Positions 39,249-48,951 are shown, numbered from the stretch's first letter. The stretch: DNA of 49,072 bases from Patescibacteria group bacterium (GCA_040756075.1 JBFLZX010000002.1:1-49072); one strand, 5' to 3'. Notes: generated by a model not told the origin, from the letters alone. Program-made: numbers and translations.

Positions 39249-40370
39249 ATGTTAATTGGCATCGATGCCTCGCGGGCAAATAGAGCCCTGAAGTCAGGAA
39301 CAGAGTGGTATTCTTATTATTTAATTTTAGAACTTGCAAAAATTGATCGGAAAAACCGATATTTTTTGTATACGCCGGAAAAACTTCGTGGTGAATTAAC
39401 AAATTTGCCAAAAAATTTTGAAGAAAAAATTTTATCCTGGCCGCCGAAGAAACTTTGGACAATGGCGCGGCTTTCTTTTGAAATGTTGATAGCCCCGCTG
39501 GATTTGCTTTTTGTTCCTGCTCATATTATTCCAATTATTTCGCCAAAAAATACCCTGACAGCAATTCATGATCTTGGTTTTTTGCGCTATCCTCAGTTTT
39601 ATTCAAAAAAAGAATTAAAATACCATCGCTTTGGACTGCGGCAGGCAATAAAAAAAGCGATAAAAATTATCACTATCTCGGAATTTTCAAAAAAAGAATT
39701 AATCGAATTATGCTGTATGCCTTCGGAAAAAATTGAAGTAATTTATTTAGGTTTTTCGCCAAAATATAAACAGATTCTTGATCGACAAAAGACCGAGACT
39801 ATTTTAGAAAAATATCATATTCCTAAAAATATTCCTTATATCTTATATATCGGCAGGCTGGAATACAAAAAAAATACGCCGCGTTTGATTTCTGCTTTTG
39901 CTAAATTTAAAAAATTAAATCCAGAGCTACGGCATAAATTAGTTTTGGTTGGAAGTTTTGGCGTGGGCAAAGAAGAAGTTTTTAAAAACATTAAAAAATA
40001 CAATCTTGAAAAAGAAGTTATAATGCCAGGCTGGATTATTGAGGATGATCTTTCTTATATTCTATCAGGCGCTTCTCTATTTGTTTTTCCATCTTTATAT
40101 GAAGGATTTGGCATTCCGATTTTAGAAGCAATGGCCGCTTGTGTTCCGGTTTGCGCGGCGGCGCGGGCTTCGATTCCAGAAGTAGCAGGTAGAGCCGCTT
40201 TATTTTTTGATCCGGAAAATGAAGAAGAAATGGCTAAATCTATTGAAAAAATATTAAAAAACCTAAATCTGCAAAAGGAATTGAAAGAGAAAGGCAAAAA
40301 AAGAGCTTCGGCCTTTTCGTGGGAAAAATGCGCGAGAAGGACACTGAAGGTTTTGGAAAGTTGCAGATGA
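39249..40370 (+). CDS. GT-B fold glycosyltransferase (family 4/GT1-type)
   Basis: C-terminal Glycos_transf_1 signature: ASLFVFPSLYEGFGIPILEAMAACVPV....ASIPEVAG.AALFFDP. Confidence 0.85.
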   Translation: MLIGIDASRANRALKSGTEWYSYYLILELAKIDRKNRYFLYTPEKLRGELTNLPKNFEEKILSWPPKKLWTMARLSFEMLIAPLDLLFVPAHIIPIISPKNTLTAIHDLGFLRYPQFYSKKELKYHRFGLRQAIKKAIKIITISEFSKKELIELCCMPSEKIEVIYLGFSPKYKQILDRQKTETILEKYHIPKNIPYILYIGRLEYKKNTPRLISAFAKFKKLNPELRHKLVLVGSFGVGKEEVFKNIKKYNLEKEVIMPGWIIEDDLSYILSGASLFVFPSLYEGFGIPILEAMAACVPVCAAARASIPEVAGRAALFFDPENEEEMAKSIEKILKNLNLQKELKEKGKKRASAFSWEKCARRTLKVLESCR

Positions 40371-40374
40371 GTCT

Positions 40375-40530
40375 AATTTTTGATATAGTAATAAGAGAAT
40401 TTACAATTTAATAAATCCAAAATCCAAAGCTCAAATGCCAAATGAATATCAAATGATAAAAATCTAAATAATTTTTTGTCATTTTGATTTTGGATTTAAT
40501 TTGAAATTTGGATTTTGACATTTGGATTTA
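40375..40530. repeat. AAATCCAAA-family palindromic intergenic element
   Basis: aaatccaaaatccaaagctcaaatgccaaatgaatatcaaatga... mirrors ...tcattttgattttggatttaatttgaaatttggattttgacatttggattt. Confidence 0.8.
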
Positions 40531-41541
40531 ATGTTGAATAATTGCTCTATCTGTGGCCATCGCAGAATTATTTCCGCCTTACAAAAAAATATTCGCCAGG
40601 ATCGACTTGCCCATGCTTATTTATTTTCCGGGCCAGAGGCGGTTGGCAAGAAGACCGTTGCTTTAAATTTTGTTAAAACTTTGCAATGTGAGGGGCGGGA
40701 AAAGCCTTGCGGAATGTGCCAAACTTGTTTTCAGATTGAAAAAAATATTCATCCGGATACGATTATTTTTCAAAAAGACATAACGGGCGATTCAAAAGGA
40801 GGACAAGAAATCAAGATTTTTGAAATGCGGGATATCCAAAAGAAAATGAGTTTGAAACAATATAGCGCGCCGTATAAAATTTTACTGCTAGATCGAGCAG
40901 AAAATCTAAATGACGAAGCGGCAAATTCGCTTTTAAAATTTTTAGAAGAGCCAAAAGGCAAAACTTTAATTATATTAATTACTAATAATATTAATATGGT
41001 TTTGCCGACAATTATTTCCCGCTGTGTTACGATAAATTTTTTATTAGTGCCAAAAAACGAGATGCTAAAATATTTTGAAAGGAAGGTTGAAGCTTTACAA
41101 TCCAAAACATACGGAGCGCAAAACCTAAATTTAGAAGAAATAATAAATTATTCTTTAGGTCGGCCGGGAAATGTTATTAGATGGTTAGAAAACCCAAAAG
41201 ATTTTATAGAAAGCAAAGAAATTGTCAAAAATTTTGCAAAAGTTGTTTTAGCAGATAATATAACAGAAAAATTCAAATTTATTTCGCAGTTTTATAATAA
41301 AAAAGAAGAAAGTATTAAATTATTGATGCATCTTCTTATGTTTTATCAGCATCTGTTATCATGGCAGATTGGTCGGGAGGATTTAGAAGATGATAAGGAA
41401 ATAAGACAATTTGCTAGGCGATATGAGATTAATAAAATTAGAAATGCTTTATTTCAAATTATTTCTGCTAAAAAATTTATTTTACAGAACGCCAATTTAA
41501 AACTTGTTTTAGAAAATATGATGCTGAACATTGGCCATTAG
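40531..41541 (+). CDS. holB: DNA polymerase III delta' subunit
   Basis: RLAHAYLFSGPEAVGKKTVALNFVKTLQC, the zinc module CGMCQTCFQIEKNIHPD, and SRC-like IISRC. 336 aa from ATG 40531. Confidence 0.82.
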   Translation: MLNNCSICGHRRIISALQKNIRQDRLAHAYLFSGPEAVGKKTVALNFVKTLQCEGREKPCGMCQTCFQIEKNIHPDTIIFQKDITGDSKGGQEIKIFEMRDIQKKMSLKQYSAPYKILLLDRAENLNDEAANSLLKFLEEPKGKTLIILITNNINMVLPTIISRCVTINFLLVPKNEMLKYFERKVEALQSKTYGAQNLNLEEIINYSLGRPGNVIRWLENPKDFIESKEIVKNFAKVVLADNITEKFKFISQFYNKKEESIKLLMHLLMFYQHLLSWQIGREDLEDDKEIRQFARRYEINKIRNALFQIISAKKFILQNANLKLVLENMMLNIGH

Positions 41542-41598
41542 CCATTGATCAATGTTCGATGTTTAATGATTTAAATTCCCCGAAGCTTGTCTTATATC

Positions 41599-41781
41599 GT
41601 CATTCCGAGCGACCCTGAGCGAACAAAGTGAGTCGAAGGGGAGTCGAGGAATCTCATAAGCTGTGAGATTTCTCTCCCCCACCATTTTCTCAACAAATAT
41701 TCACTGACTATTTCTCGTTTCTTTTAAATCTTAGAAAGATTATTTCAAGGGTTGTAATACATGGTGGGGGATCGAAATGAC
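41599..41781. mobile_element. GTCATTCCGAGCGA-type MITE-like element (reverse orientation relative to 29477-29560) carrying a nested insert
   Basis: gtcattccgagcgaccctgagcgaa..gagtcgaggaatctcataagctgtgagatttctc[insert]tcgaaatgac aligns with the reverse complement of 29477-29560. Confidence 0.65.
41675..41771. mobile_element. 97-nt nested element with 11-bp TCCCCCACCAT / ATGGTGGGGGA termini
   Basis: Perfect 11-bp inverted termini interrupt the host element. Confidence 0.55.
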
Positions 41782-41834
41782 AGCTGAATACCTCGCAGTA
41801 AGCTAGCGAGGTAGTTCATTGATTAATAAAAACA

Positions 41835-42890
41835 ATGCATAAAAAGTTTATTTTCATTGCCGTTTTAGCAGTTTTGGTCTTTGCCGGCGAGGCTTGTTCG
41901 CGCCGAAATTATGATTTAGGAATCTATAAATCTAGCGATGGCGGCAATAGCTGGGAACAGAAAATAAAAATTGGCAAAAAGAAAGCGCTGGCTACTTTTG
42001 AAATTTTGAGTTTGGCTTTGGATCCTCAAAATTCGCAAGTAATTTATGCCGGCACCAAGGATAAAGGACTTTATAAAAGTGTTGATGGCGCCGAATCTTG
42101 GCAGAATACATCGTTAAAGCAAGGAGATATTACTTCTATTGCTATTGATTTTAAAGATCCGAATATTATTTATCTGACTTCTTATGTTGGTGATTTTGGC
42201 AAGATTTATAAATCCGAGGATGGAGGGAATAAATTTGAGGAAATTTATTCCGAGACGCATCAACAGATCCCGGTTTATTCTTTAGCTTTAGATTGGTATG
42301 ATTCGCGAATAATTTGGGCAGGGACAAAAAAAGGGGCAGTAGTAAAAAGCGAAGATTCTGGCCGAAATTGGATTGTTAAGAAATGGCTTGAAAGCGAGAT
42401 TGTCCAGATTGCAATAAGTTCGAAAGATTCTCGTCATATAATTATTGGGACAGGAACCGACGGTCTTATAAAAACTGAAGATGGCGGTAAAACCTGGCAG
42501 CAAATTAATGAAGCTTTTTTAGCTAAAGATGATAAAGTAAGATCAAAAGAGAAATTGCAGGTTTATTCTTTGATTTTTGCTTGGTCATCGCCGGGCTCAG
42601 TTTATTTTGCTTCCAAATATCAACTTTTAAAATCGTCGGATGAAGGAAAAAGCTGGCAGGAAATAAAACTTTTAACAAAGCCGCAGGAAGCTTCGTTAAT
42701 GCGGATAGCTTTAGATTCATTTGATTCGGAAAAAATTTATCTCGGTTTAGATTCAAATATTTATAAATCTGAAGATGGAGGAAAAAATTGGAAAGTAAAA
42801 AAATTTACTTCCGGCAGAATTTCCGCTCTTGTTGTCGACCCGCAGGAAACCTCAAAAATTTATGCGGGAATAAGAAAGCCGAAAGAATAA
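41835..42890 (+). CDS. lipoprotein-like Asp-box (BNR)/Ycf48-like beta-propeller protein
   Basis: Signal peptide with a Cys (FAGEAC). Repeats are YKSSDGGNSWEQ, YKSVDGAESWQN, YKSEDGGNKFEE, VKSEDSGRNWIV, IKTEDGGKTWQQ, LKSSDEGKSWQE and YKSEDGGKNWKV. Confidence 0.8.
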   Translation: MHKKFIFIAVLAVLVFAGEACSRRNYDLGIYKSSDGGNSWEQKIKIGKKKALATFEILSLALDPQNSQVIYAGTKDKGLYKSVDGAESWQNTSLKQGDITSIAIDFKDPNIIYLTSYVGDFGKIYKSEDGGNKFEEIYSETHQQIPVYSLALDWYDSRIIWAGTKKGAVVKSEDSGRNWIVKKWLESEIVQIAISSKDSRHIIIGTGTDGLIKTEDGGKTWQQINEAFLAKDDKVRSKEKLQVYSLIFAWSSPGSVYFASKYQLLKSSDEGKSWQEIKLLTKPQEASLMRIALDSFDSEKIYLGLDSNIYKSEDGGKNWKVKKFTSGRISALVVDPQETSKIYAGIRKPKE

Positions 42891-42968
42891 TTGCGAAACT
42901 TGTAACGTATAACATATAACTCAAGAAGTAAAACTTGCGTTACAAGTTATATGTTACAAGTTACACGA
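42891..42968 (+). repeat. TTACAAG-family hairpin element, copy 5 (upstream of frr)
   Basis: ttgcgaaacttgtaacgtataacatataactcaagaagtaaaacttgcgttacaagttatatgttacaagttacacga. Confidence 0.8.
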
Positions 42969-42975
42969 AGTGTTT

Positions 42976-43533
42976 ATGTATCAAAAAATTATTGGTTTGA
43001 CAAAACAATCAATGGAAAAAAGTTTTCAATTCTTTAAAAATGAACTTTTGAAAATTCGGGCGGGAAGAGCCCAGGCTTCTTTGGTAGCAGATTTATTAGT
43101 TGATTATTATGGAACAAAGACTTTGCTAAAACAGCTTGCAACAATATCCTGTCCAGAGCTGCGGCTGATTTTGATTTCCCCGTTTGACAAAAATTCAATA
43201 AAGGAGATTGAAAAAGCTGTTTTGATGTCGGCGCAAAAATTGACGGCGCAAAACGATGGCAGGGTTATTCGTGTGCCAATTCCGCCGCTGACAGAAGAGC
43301 GTCGGCAGGAAGTAGCGCAGATTGTTTCTCAAAAACTTGAAGAAACAAAGCAGACTTTACGCAATGTTCGCGAAGAGGCCTGGAAGCAGATAAAAGAAAT
43401 GGAAGAAGCAAAACAAATTAGCGAAGATGACAAATTTCGCGCCAAAGATAAACTAGATAAGTTAATTGATGAGTATAATAAAAAAGCCCAAGATTTGGCA
43501 GAAAAGAAAAAAGAAGAAGTGATGAAAATTTAA
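42976..43533 (+). CDS. frr: ribosome recycling factor
   Basis: M.KS...FK.EL.KIRAGRAQASLVADLLVDYYG..T.L.QLA.IS.PE.R...I.PFDK and IRVPIPPLTEERR match the RRF pattern. Confidence 0.93.
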   Translation: MYQKIIGLTKQSMEKSFQFFKNELLKIRAGRAQASLVADLLVDYYGTKTLLKQLATISCPELRLILISPFDKNSIKEIEKAVLMSAQKLTAQNDGRVIRVPIPPLTEERRQEVAQIVSQKLEETKQTLRNVREEAWKQIKEMEEAKQISEDDKFRAKDKLDKLIDEYNKKAQDLAEKKKEEVMKI

Positions 43534-43534
43534 A

Positions 43535-43738
43535 TTAAAAATGAATCTCGTATCTAGCAACTGGGATCTAGAATAGAATTATGAAATTAGAAATTGGTTG
43601 TTAGAAATTGGAAATTTGTAATAGAAAATGGAAATTAGAAATTAGTTACCATTTTCTATCTTCCAAAAACTAATTTCAATTTTCTTAAATTCTATATTCG
43701 ATTCAAGATACGAGATACTAGATTCTAGATTCAAATAT
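43535..43738. repeat. palindromic intergenic element (GTATCT/GAATT/GAAATT units)
   Basis: atctcgtatctagcaactgggatctagaatagaatt... mirrors ...attcgattcaagatacgagatactagattctagattc. An inner pair is tagaaaatggaaattagaaattagt/accattttcta. Confidence 0.75.
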
Positions 43739-43740
43739 TT

Positions 43741-44844
43741 ATGATACTTACTATTATTGTTTTTCTTATAATTTTAGGTTTATTAATTTTTGTCCACGAA
43801 TTCGGGCATTTTATTTCTGCAAAAAAAGCAGGGATAAAAGTCGAAGAATTTGGTTTTGGTTTTCCGCCGCGCCTTTTTGGTATAAAACGCGGCGAAACAA
43901 TTTATTCAATAAATTGGATTCCTCTTGGCGGTTTTGTTAAAATTTATGGTGAAGATGGAAAAGGAAAAGAGGATAAAAAGAGTTTTGCCTCGCGCCATAT
44001 TTGGCAGAGGGCGATAATTTTAACTGCCGGAGTAGCAATGAATTTTGTTTTAGCGGCTTTATTATTATCAATCGGTTTTAAACTTGGTTTGCCGCAGGTT
44101 TTAGAAGGAGATGAAAAAAATATTAAAGAAGTAAAAATTCAACTTACTCAAATAGTAAAAAATTCGCCAGCCGACCGCGCCGGACTAAAAGTCGGCGATG
44201 AAATTATCGCTCTTAATGGAAAACAAATTGAAAATATCGAAGAATTTCAGAAATTGACAAAGAAAAAAGCAGGTAAAGAAATAATTTTACAGATTAAACG
44301 TTTAGACGAGAGAAATGAAATTAAAATTACTCCTCGTCGTCATCCGCCTGAAAACGAAGGAGCGCTTGGCGTAGCCTTAGCAAAAACTGCGATTATTTCT
44401 TATCCTTGGTATGAGGCGTTGTGGCGGGGAATCACGATGACCTTTTCAATTACAATTTTGATCATTGTTACTTTTTATGAGATTATTAAAAACTTAATTT
44501 TAGGCCAGCCTTTAGCAGCAGAATTAGCCGGACCAGTTGGTATTGCTGTTTTGACGCATCAAGCGACAAAAATGGGATTTGTTTATGTTTTGCAGTTCAC
44601 TGCTCTTTTGAGTATTAATCTTGCAATCATCAATATTTTGCCGTTTCCAGCGTTAGATGGCGGCAGACTTTTATTTTTAGCAATTGAAAAAATTCGCAAA
44701 AAGCCCGTTGACCAAAAAATTGAAAATTTAATTCATACTATTGGTTTTGCCTTGTTGATTTTGTTAATGGTTTTTGTTACTTTCCGCGATGTAACAAAAT
44801 TTAAAGACTTGTTTATAAATTTGTGGAATAAAATTGCGGGATAA
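43741..44844 (+). CDS. rseP: site-2 protease RseP (M50 family) with PDZ domain
   Basis: HEFGHF zinc motif in TM1, a PDZ-like segment SPADRAGLKVGDEIIALNG, and NLAIINILPFPALDGG near the C-terminus. Confidence 0.88.
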   Translation: MILTIIVFLIILGLLIFVHEFGHFISAKKAGIKVEEFGFGFPPRLFGIKRGETIYSINWIPLGGFVKIYGEDGKGKEDKKSFASRHIWQRAIILTAGVAMNFVLAALLLSIGFKLGLPQVLEGDEKNIKEVKIQLTQIVKNSPADRAGLKVGDEIIALNGKQIENIEEFQKLTKKKAGKEIILQIKRLDERNEIKITPRRHPPENEGALGVALAKTAIISYPWYEALWRGITMTFSITILIIVTFYEIIKNLILGQPLAAELAGPVGIAVLTHQATKMGFVYVLQFTALLSINLAIINILPFPALDGGRLLFLAIEKIRKKPVDQKIENLIHTIGFALLILLMVFVTFRDVTKFKDLFINLWNKIAG

Positions 44845-44845
44845 A

Positions 44846-44930
44846 ATTATCAATTGTTCAATTAACATATTGCGGATTAACGGATTAAGTCAAGCGAAGT
44901 TTGACTAAAATTCGTTAATAAATAATTTAC
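44846..44930. repeat. TTAACGAATT-family palindromic intergenic element
   Basis: caattaacatattgcggattaacggatt-aagtcaagcgaagtttgact-aaaattcgttaataaat. Confidence 0.75.
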
Positions 44931-44932
44931 AA

Positions 44933-46231
44933 ATGTTACAGTCAAAACTATTTACTCGCACAAAAAAACAACTTCCGAAAGAAGCGGAATTTATTTCTCA
45001 TAAATTATTGCTGAAAGGTGATTTTATTGACCAATTAACTAGCGGCGTTTTTAGTTTTTTGACTTTGGGGTTTTTGGTTTTAAAGAGAATCGAAAATATA
45101 ATTCGCCAAGAAATTAAGGCTTTAGGCGCCCAAGAGATCCTGTTGCCGGCTTTACAACCAAAGTCTTTATGGGAAGAAACTGGTCGATGGAAAACAATTG
45201 ATCCGCCGCTTTTTAAATTTTGCGATCGACATCAAAAAGAATTGGCGCTTGGTTCAACTCACGAGGAAGTGATTTTTGATTTAGTGCGACGTCGTGTTTT
45301 TTCTTATCGCGATTTGCCTTTTGCCTTGTTTCAAATTCAAGATAAATTTAGAAACGAGATGCGGTCTTCGGGCGGACTTTTGCGTACGCGGGAATTTGTG
45401 ATGAAAGATTTATATAGTTTTCATAAAGATGAAAATGATTTAAATAAATATTATAATCGAGTTTTTGAGGCATATAAAAAAATTTATAAACGATGCGGTA
45501 TTGAGGCTTTGCCGGTTGAGGCGTCTGGCGGGACAATTGGTGGAAAAATAACCCATGAGTTTATGGTAATAGCTTCATGCGGAGAGGACAGAATTTTAGT
45601 GTGCGAGAAATGTCATGCTTCGCGCGATCATAACATTTTTGCCGCGAACTTGGAAATTGGTAAAAAATATAAAGAATGTCCAAAATGCGGCGGCAAATTG
45701 CTTGTAAAAAACGGAATTGAAGTCGGCCATATTTTTCAGCTTGGAACAGAATATAGCAAGAAAATGAAAGCAGAATTTATTGATCAAAATGGAAAAAAGA
45801 AATTAATTTGGGCAGGATGTTACGGAATTGGGCTGGGCAGATTAATGGCGACTGTTGTTGAAGTTAACCATGACGATTTAGGCATAATTTGGCCGCGCGA
45901 TGCGGCGCCTTTTGATTTACATTTAGTCTCTCTGCAGCCTCAGAATAAAAAAGTTAAATTCGCAGCAGAAAATTTATATCAGACTTTATCCTCACATCAA
46001 AAGGTAAATTTTAGGTGGGGGGATTTACAAAAAGAAAATATAGATGTATTATATGATGACCGTGATTTAAGCCCGGGTGAAAAATTAAAAGACACGGATC
46101 TGATCGGGGTTCCAAAGAGAATAGTTGTTTCGGAAAGGACGGTAGAAAAGAACGCAGTGGAATATAAAGAACGTGCTAAAAAAGAAAGTCAGTTAATCAA
46201 GATTAAAGATGTTTTCCATTTATTAAAATAA
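44933..46231 (+). CDS. proS: proline--tRNA ligase (short form; small Cys4 insert instead of an INS editing domain)
   Basis: Class II motifs: ...LLPALQPKSLWEETGRW..., FRNEMRSSGGLLRTREFVMKD (motif 2) and GCYGIGLGRLMATVVE (motif 3). An anticodon-binding domain lies at the C-terminus. Confidence 0.9.
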   Translation: MLQSKLFTRTKKQLPKEAEFISHKLLLKGDFIDQLTSGVFSFLTLGFLVLKRIENIIRQEIKALGAQEILLPALQPKSLWEETGRWKTIDPPLFKFCDRHQKELALGSTHEEVIFDLVRRRVFSYRDLPFALFQIQDKFRNEMRSSGGLLRTREFVMKDLYSFHKDENDLNKYYNRVFEAYKKIYKRCGIEALPVEASGGTIGGKITHEFMVIASCGEDRILVCEKCHASRDHNIFAANLEIGKKYKECPKCGGKLLVKNGIEVGHIFQLGTEYSKKMKAEFIDQNGKKKLIWAGCYGIGLGRLMATVVEVNHDDLGIIWPRDAAPFDLHLVSLQPQNKKVKFAAENLYQTLSSHQKVNFRWGDLQKENIDVLYDDRDLSPGEKLKDTDLIGVPKRIVVSERTVEKNAVEYKERAKKESQLIKIKDVFHLLK

Positions 46232-46423
46232 ATTATTAGGCTAAAAATTCTAAATCCAAAATTATCCCGATTTTATCGAGGATTCTCGACAAAGTCGGAA
46301 CAAATTGCAAATAAATTTCAATAATCAAAATTCTAAATTACAAAATGTTTTAGTTATTAGATATTAGAATTTAGATATTATTTGGAATTTGGTGCTTGGT
46401 GTTTGGAATTTAATTTATTTATT
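46232..46423. repeat. AAATCCAAA-family palindromic intergenic element
   Basis: aaaaattctaaatccaaaatt... mirrors ...atttggaatttggtgcttggtgtttggaattt. The centre contains cccgattttatcgaggattctcgac. Confidence 0.7.
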
Positions 46424-47497
46424 GTGTCTTTTTTAAATAAATTTTCAAATTTATTTGGTTCAGTCTCAAAAGATTTAGGTATTGACCTTGGAACGGCCAA
46501 TACTTTAGTTTATGTCAAGGGCAAAGGAATTGTTATAAACGAACCATCGGTTGTTGCGATTAATAAAAAAACCAGCCAAATATTGGCAATTGGCGGGGAA
46601 GCACAAAAAATGGTTGGCAAAACACCTGGCCATATCGCGGCGATTAAACCGCTTTCTGACGGCGTTGTTTCAGATTTCGAAGTAACCGAACAGATGCTGC
46701 ATTATTTTATTGAAAAAGTTCATCAAGAAGGTTTTACATTGTTTCCTCGGCCGCGGGTTGTAATTGGTATTCCTTCAGGAGTTACAGAAGTAGAAAGAAG
46801 AGCAGTCGAAGATGCGGCGATAAATGCAGGAGCAAGAGAGGCCTTTTTAATTGAGGAGCCAATGGCGGCAGCAATCGGCGCCAGACTGCCGGTGCAAGAA
46901 GCTTCTGGCTGTATGATTTGTGATATTGGTGGAGGAACGACAGAGGTAGCAGTAATTTCGTTAGGTGGAATTGTTATTTCTCATTCTTTGCGCATCGCGG
47001 GAACAGAAATGAATGAAGATATTATTCAATACGCCCGTTCGGAGTTTAATTTACTTTTAGGCGAGCGAACTGCTGAAGAGATAAAAATTAAAATAGGATG
47101 CGCTTATCCGCAGGACGAGATTATAGAAACTTCAATACGCGGCCGCGATCTTATTTCCGGCTTGCCAAAAGAAATAAAAATTACGAATGAGCAGGTGCGC
47201 GAGGCTATTTCTCGTTCAGTGAAAAGCATTGTTAATGAAATAAAAGACGCAGTTGAAGAAACGCCGCCAGAAATTATTTCGGATATTATGGAGCGAGGCA
47301 TTATTTTGGCTGGTGGGGGATCGTTATTATCTGGTCTTGATCAGCTTATTACTGAACAAACCCAGATGCCAGTGCATATAACTGATGATCCATTAACCTG
47401 TGTTGTCCGCGGCTGCGGCATTGTTTTAGAAGATTTAGACGCTTTAAAAGATGTTTTAGTAACCACCCAATATTCAAAGCCGCCGAGGAAAAAGTAA
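46424..47497 (+). CDS. mreB: rod-shape protein MreB (paralog 2, heads mreBCD)
   Basis: LGIDLGTANTLVYVKGKGIVINEPSVVA, MICDIGGGTTEVAVISLGG and GIILAGGGSLLSGLDQLI. GTG 46424 is preferred because the upstream part of the called ORF is repeat. The start is uncertain. Confidence 0.9.
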   Translation: MSFLNKFSNLFGSVSKDLGIDLGTANTLVYVKGKGIVINEPSVVAINKKTSQILAIGGEAQKMVGKTPGHIAAIKPLSDGVVSDFEVTEQMLHYFIEKVHQEGFTLFPRPRVVIGIPSGVTEVERRAVEDAAINAGAREAFLIEEPMAAAIGARLPVQEASGCMICDIGGGTTEVAVISLGGIVISHSLRIAGTEMNEDIIQYARSEFNLLLGERTAEEIKIKIGCAYPQDEIIETSIRGRDLISGLPKEIKITNEQVREAISRSVKSIVNEIKDAVEETPPEIISDIMERGIILAGGGSLLSGLDQLITEQTQMPVHITDDPLTCVVRGCGIVLEDLDALKDVLVTTQYSKPPRKK

Positions 47498-47562
47498 ATT
47501 AGTTAATTAGTTGAATAGGAAATTTTTAACTACTTAACTATTCAACTATTTAATCAACCCAA

Positions 47563-48366
47563 GTGCCTAAATTTTCGCGCCATCCATTTTTTATTTTTAT
47601 TTTGGCAATTGTTTTAGTTATTTTTCTCATTGTTTTTCATTTAACTGGTATATTAAAACCAATAGAAAATTTAACGGTGATGATTGTTTCGCCATTTGAG
47701 CGAGGTATATCTGCAGTTGGCAGTAAAATCGCGAATACTTTTCATTTTTTTGGACAGGTAAAAAATTTATCAAATCAAAATAAGAAACTTGAGGAAGAAA
47801 ATAAAAAACTTCTTTCTGAAAATACAACATTAAAAGAGGTTAAGCGGGAAAATCAACTTTTACGAAGCCAGCTTGATTATGAGAAATATGCCACAAGAAA
47901 ACTTTTACCCGCGTTTATTATTGGTTTTGATCCTTATAATTTACTTCAAACAGTTGTTTTAAATCGAGGAGAAAAAAATGGTGTAAAAAAAGATATGGCA
48001 GTATCCGCCTCCGGCGATATTTTAGTCGGACAAGTACAAGAAACAACTTATACTACTTCTAAAGTTCTTTTAATTATTGATAGCCACGCTGTCGTTCCTG
48101 CTCAGATTCAATCGACAAGAGCAACAGGTCTTGTCCGCGGAGAACATGGTTTAGGTTTAATTATGGAAATGATTCCGCAGGATGAAGTAATTCAGATTGG
48201 AGATTTAGTGATTACTACCGCCCTGGGGTCAAAATTTCCGCCAGGGCTTGTAATTGGAGAAATTGAGGAAATAATCACATCAGAAAATGAGCTTTTCCAA
48301 AAAGCTCGCATAAAATCGCCAGTAGATTTTAAGCGGTTAGAGAGCGTGTATGTGGTGTTGGAGTAG
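47563..48366 (+). CDS. mreC: rod-shape protein MreC
   Basis: N-terminal TM helix, a coiled coil (NKKLEEENKKLLSENTTLKEVKRENQLLRSQL), and a C-terminal beta domain ...VITTALGSKFPPGLVIGEI. Follows mreB. GTG start. Confidence 0.85.
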   Translation: MPKFSRHPFFIFILAIVLVIFLIVFHLTGILKPIENLTVMIVSPFERGISAVGSKIANTFHFFGQVKNLSNQNKKLEEENKKLLSENTTLKEVKRENQLLRSQLDYEKYATRKLLPAFIIGFDPYNLLQTVVLNRGEKNGVKKDMAVSASGDILVGQVQETTYTTSKVLLIIDSHAVVPAQIQSTRATGLVRGEHGLGLIMEMIPQDEVIQIGDLVITTALGSKFPPGLVIGEIEEIITSENELFQKARIKSPVDFKRLESVYVVLE

Positions 48367-48425
48367 TTCATAGTTCATAGGTAGTTAATAACCATGAACC
48401 CTGAACTCTGAACTATGAACTAAAT
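48367..48425. repeat. GTTCATA/TATGAAC-unit palindromic element
   Basis: gttcatagttcataggtagttaataaccatgaaccctgaactctgaactatgaac. Same unit as 30393-30488. Confidence 0.7.
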
Positions 48426-48426
48426 T

Positions 48427-48951
48427 ATGAAGTATTTCCTTTCTTTTCTTATTATTTTATTTGCTGTCATTCTTCAGGTTTCCTTTTTGCCCCATTTTAA
48501 AATTTATAATGTCATTCCGAATTTATTTTTGCTGATTCTTGCTTCTTGGGCGATTTTACGCCAGCATCGAGAGGCATATATTTGGGGTTTTTTTGGGGGT
48601 TTGTTTTTGGATTTAAATTCCCAAATTTTATTTGGCGTAAACACTTTAAGTTTTCTTGTTAGTGCGCTTGCAATTTTTTTTATCATCAAAAATTTTGTTA
48701 ATGTAAATAATTTAGTTTCGAAAATAATTTTGATTTTTTTAGCTTCAATATTTTATAAATTTGTTTCTCTTGCCTTTCTTATTTTAGCCGGATTTTTTAG
48801 ACTTTATTCCTGGTTCCAATTATCAAAAAATTTTATTTATTTAATTATTATTGAAATTATTTTGAATATTATTTTAATATTTTTAGTTTATCCTTTTATT
48901 CGCGGCTTCCACCATTTCATTTTGCGCTACGAAGAAAGAAGAAAGGTTTAA
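48427..48951 (+). CDS. mreD: rod-shape protein MreD (polytopic membrane protein)
   Basis: 174-aa protein with ~5 TM helices directly after mreC. The assignment rests mainly on position and topology. Confidence 0.7.
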   Translation: MKYFLSFLIILFAVILQVSFLPHFKIYNVIPNLFLLILASWAILRQHREAYIWGFFGGLFLDLNSQILFGVNTLSFLVSALAIFFIIKNFVNVNNLVSKIILIFLASIFYKFVSLAFLILAGFFRLYSWFQLSKNFIYLIIIEIILNIILIFLVYPFIRGFHHFILRYEERRKV

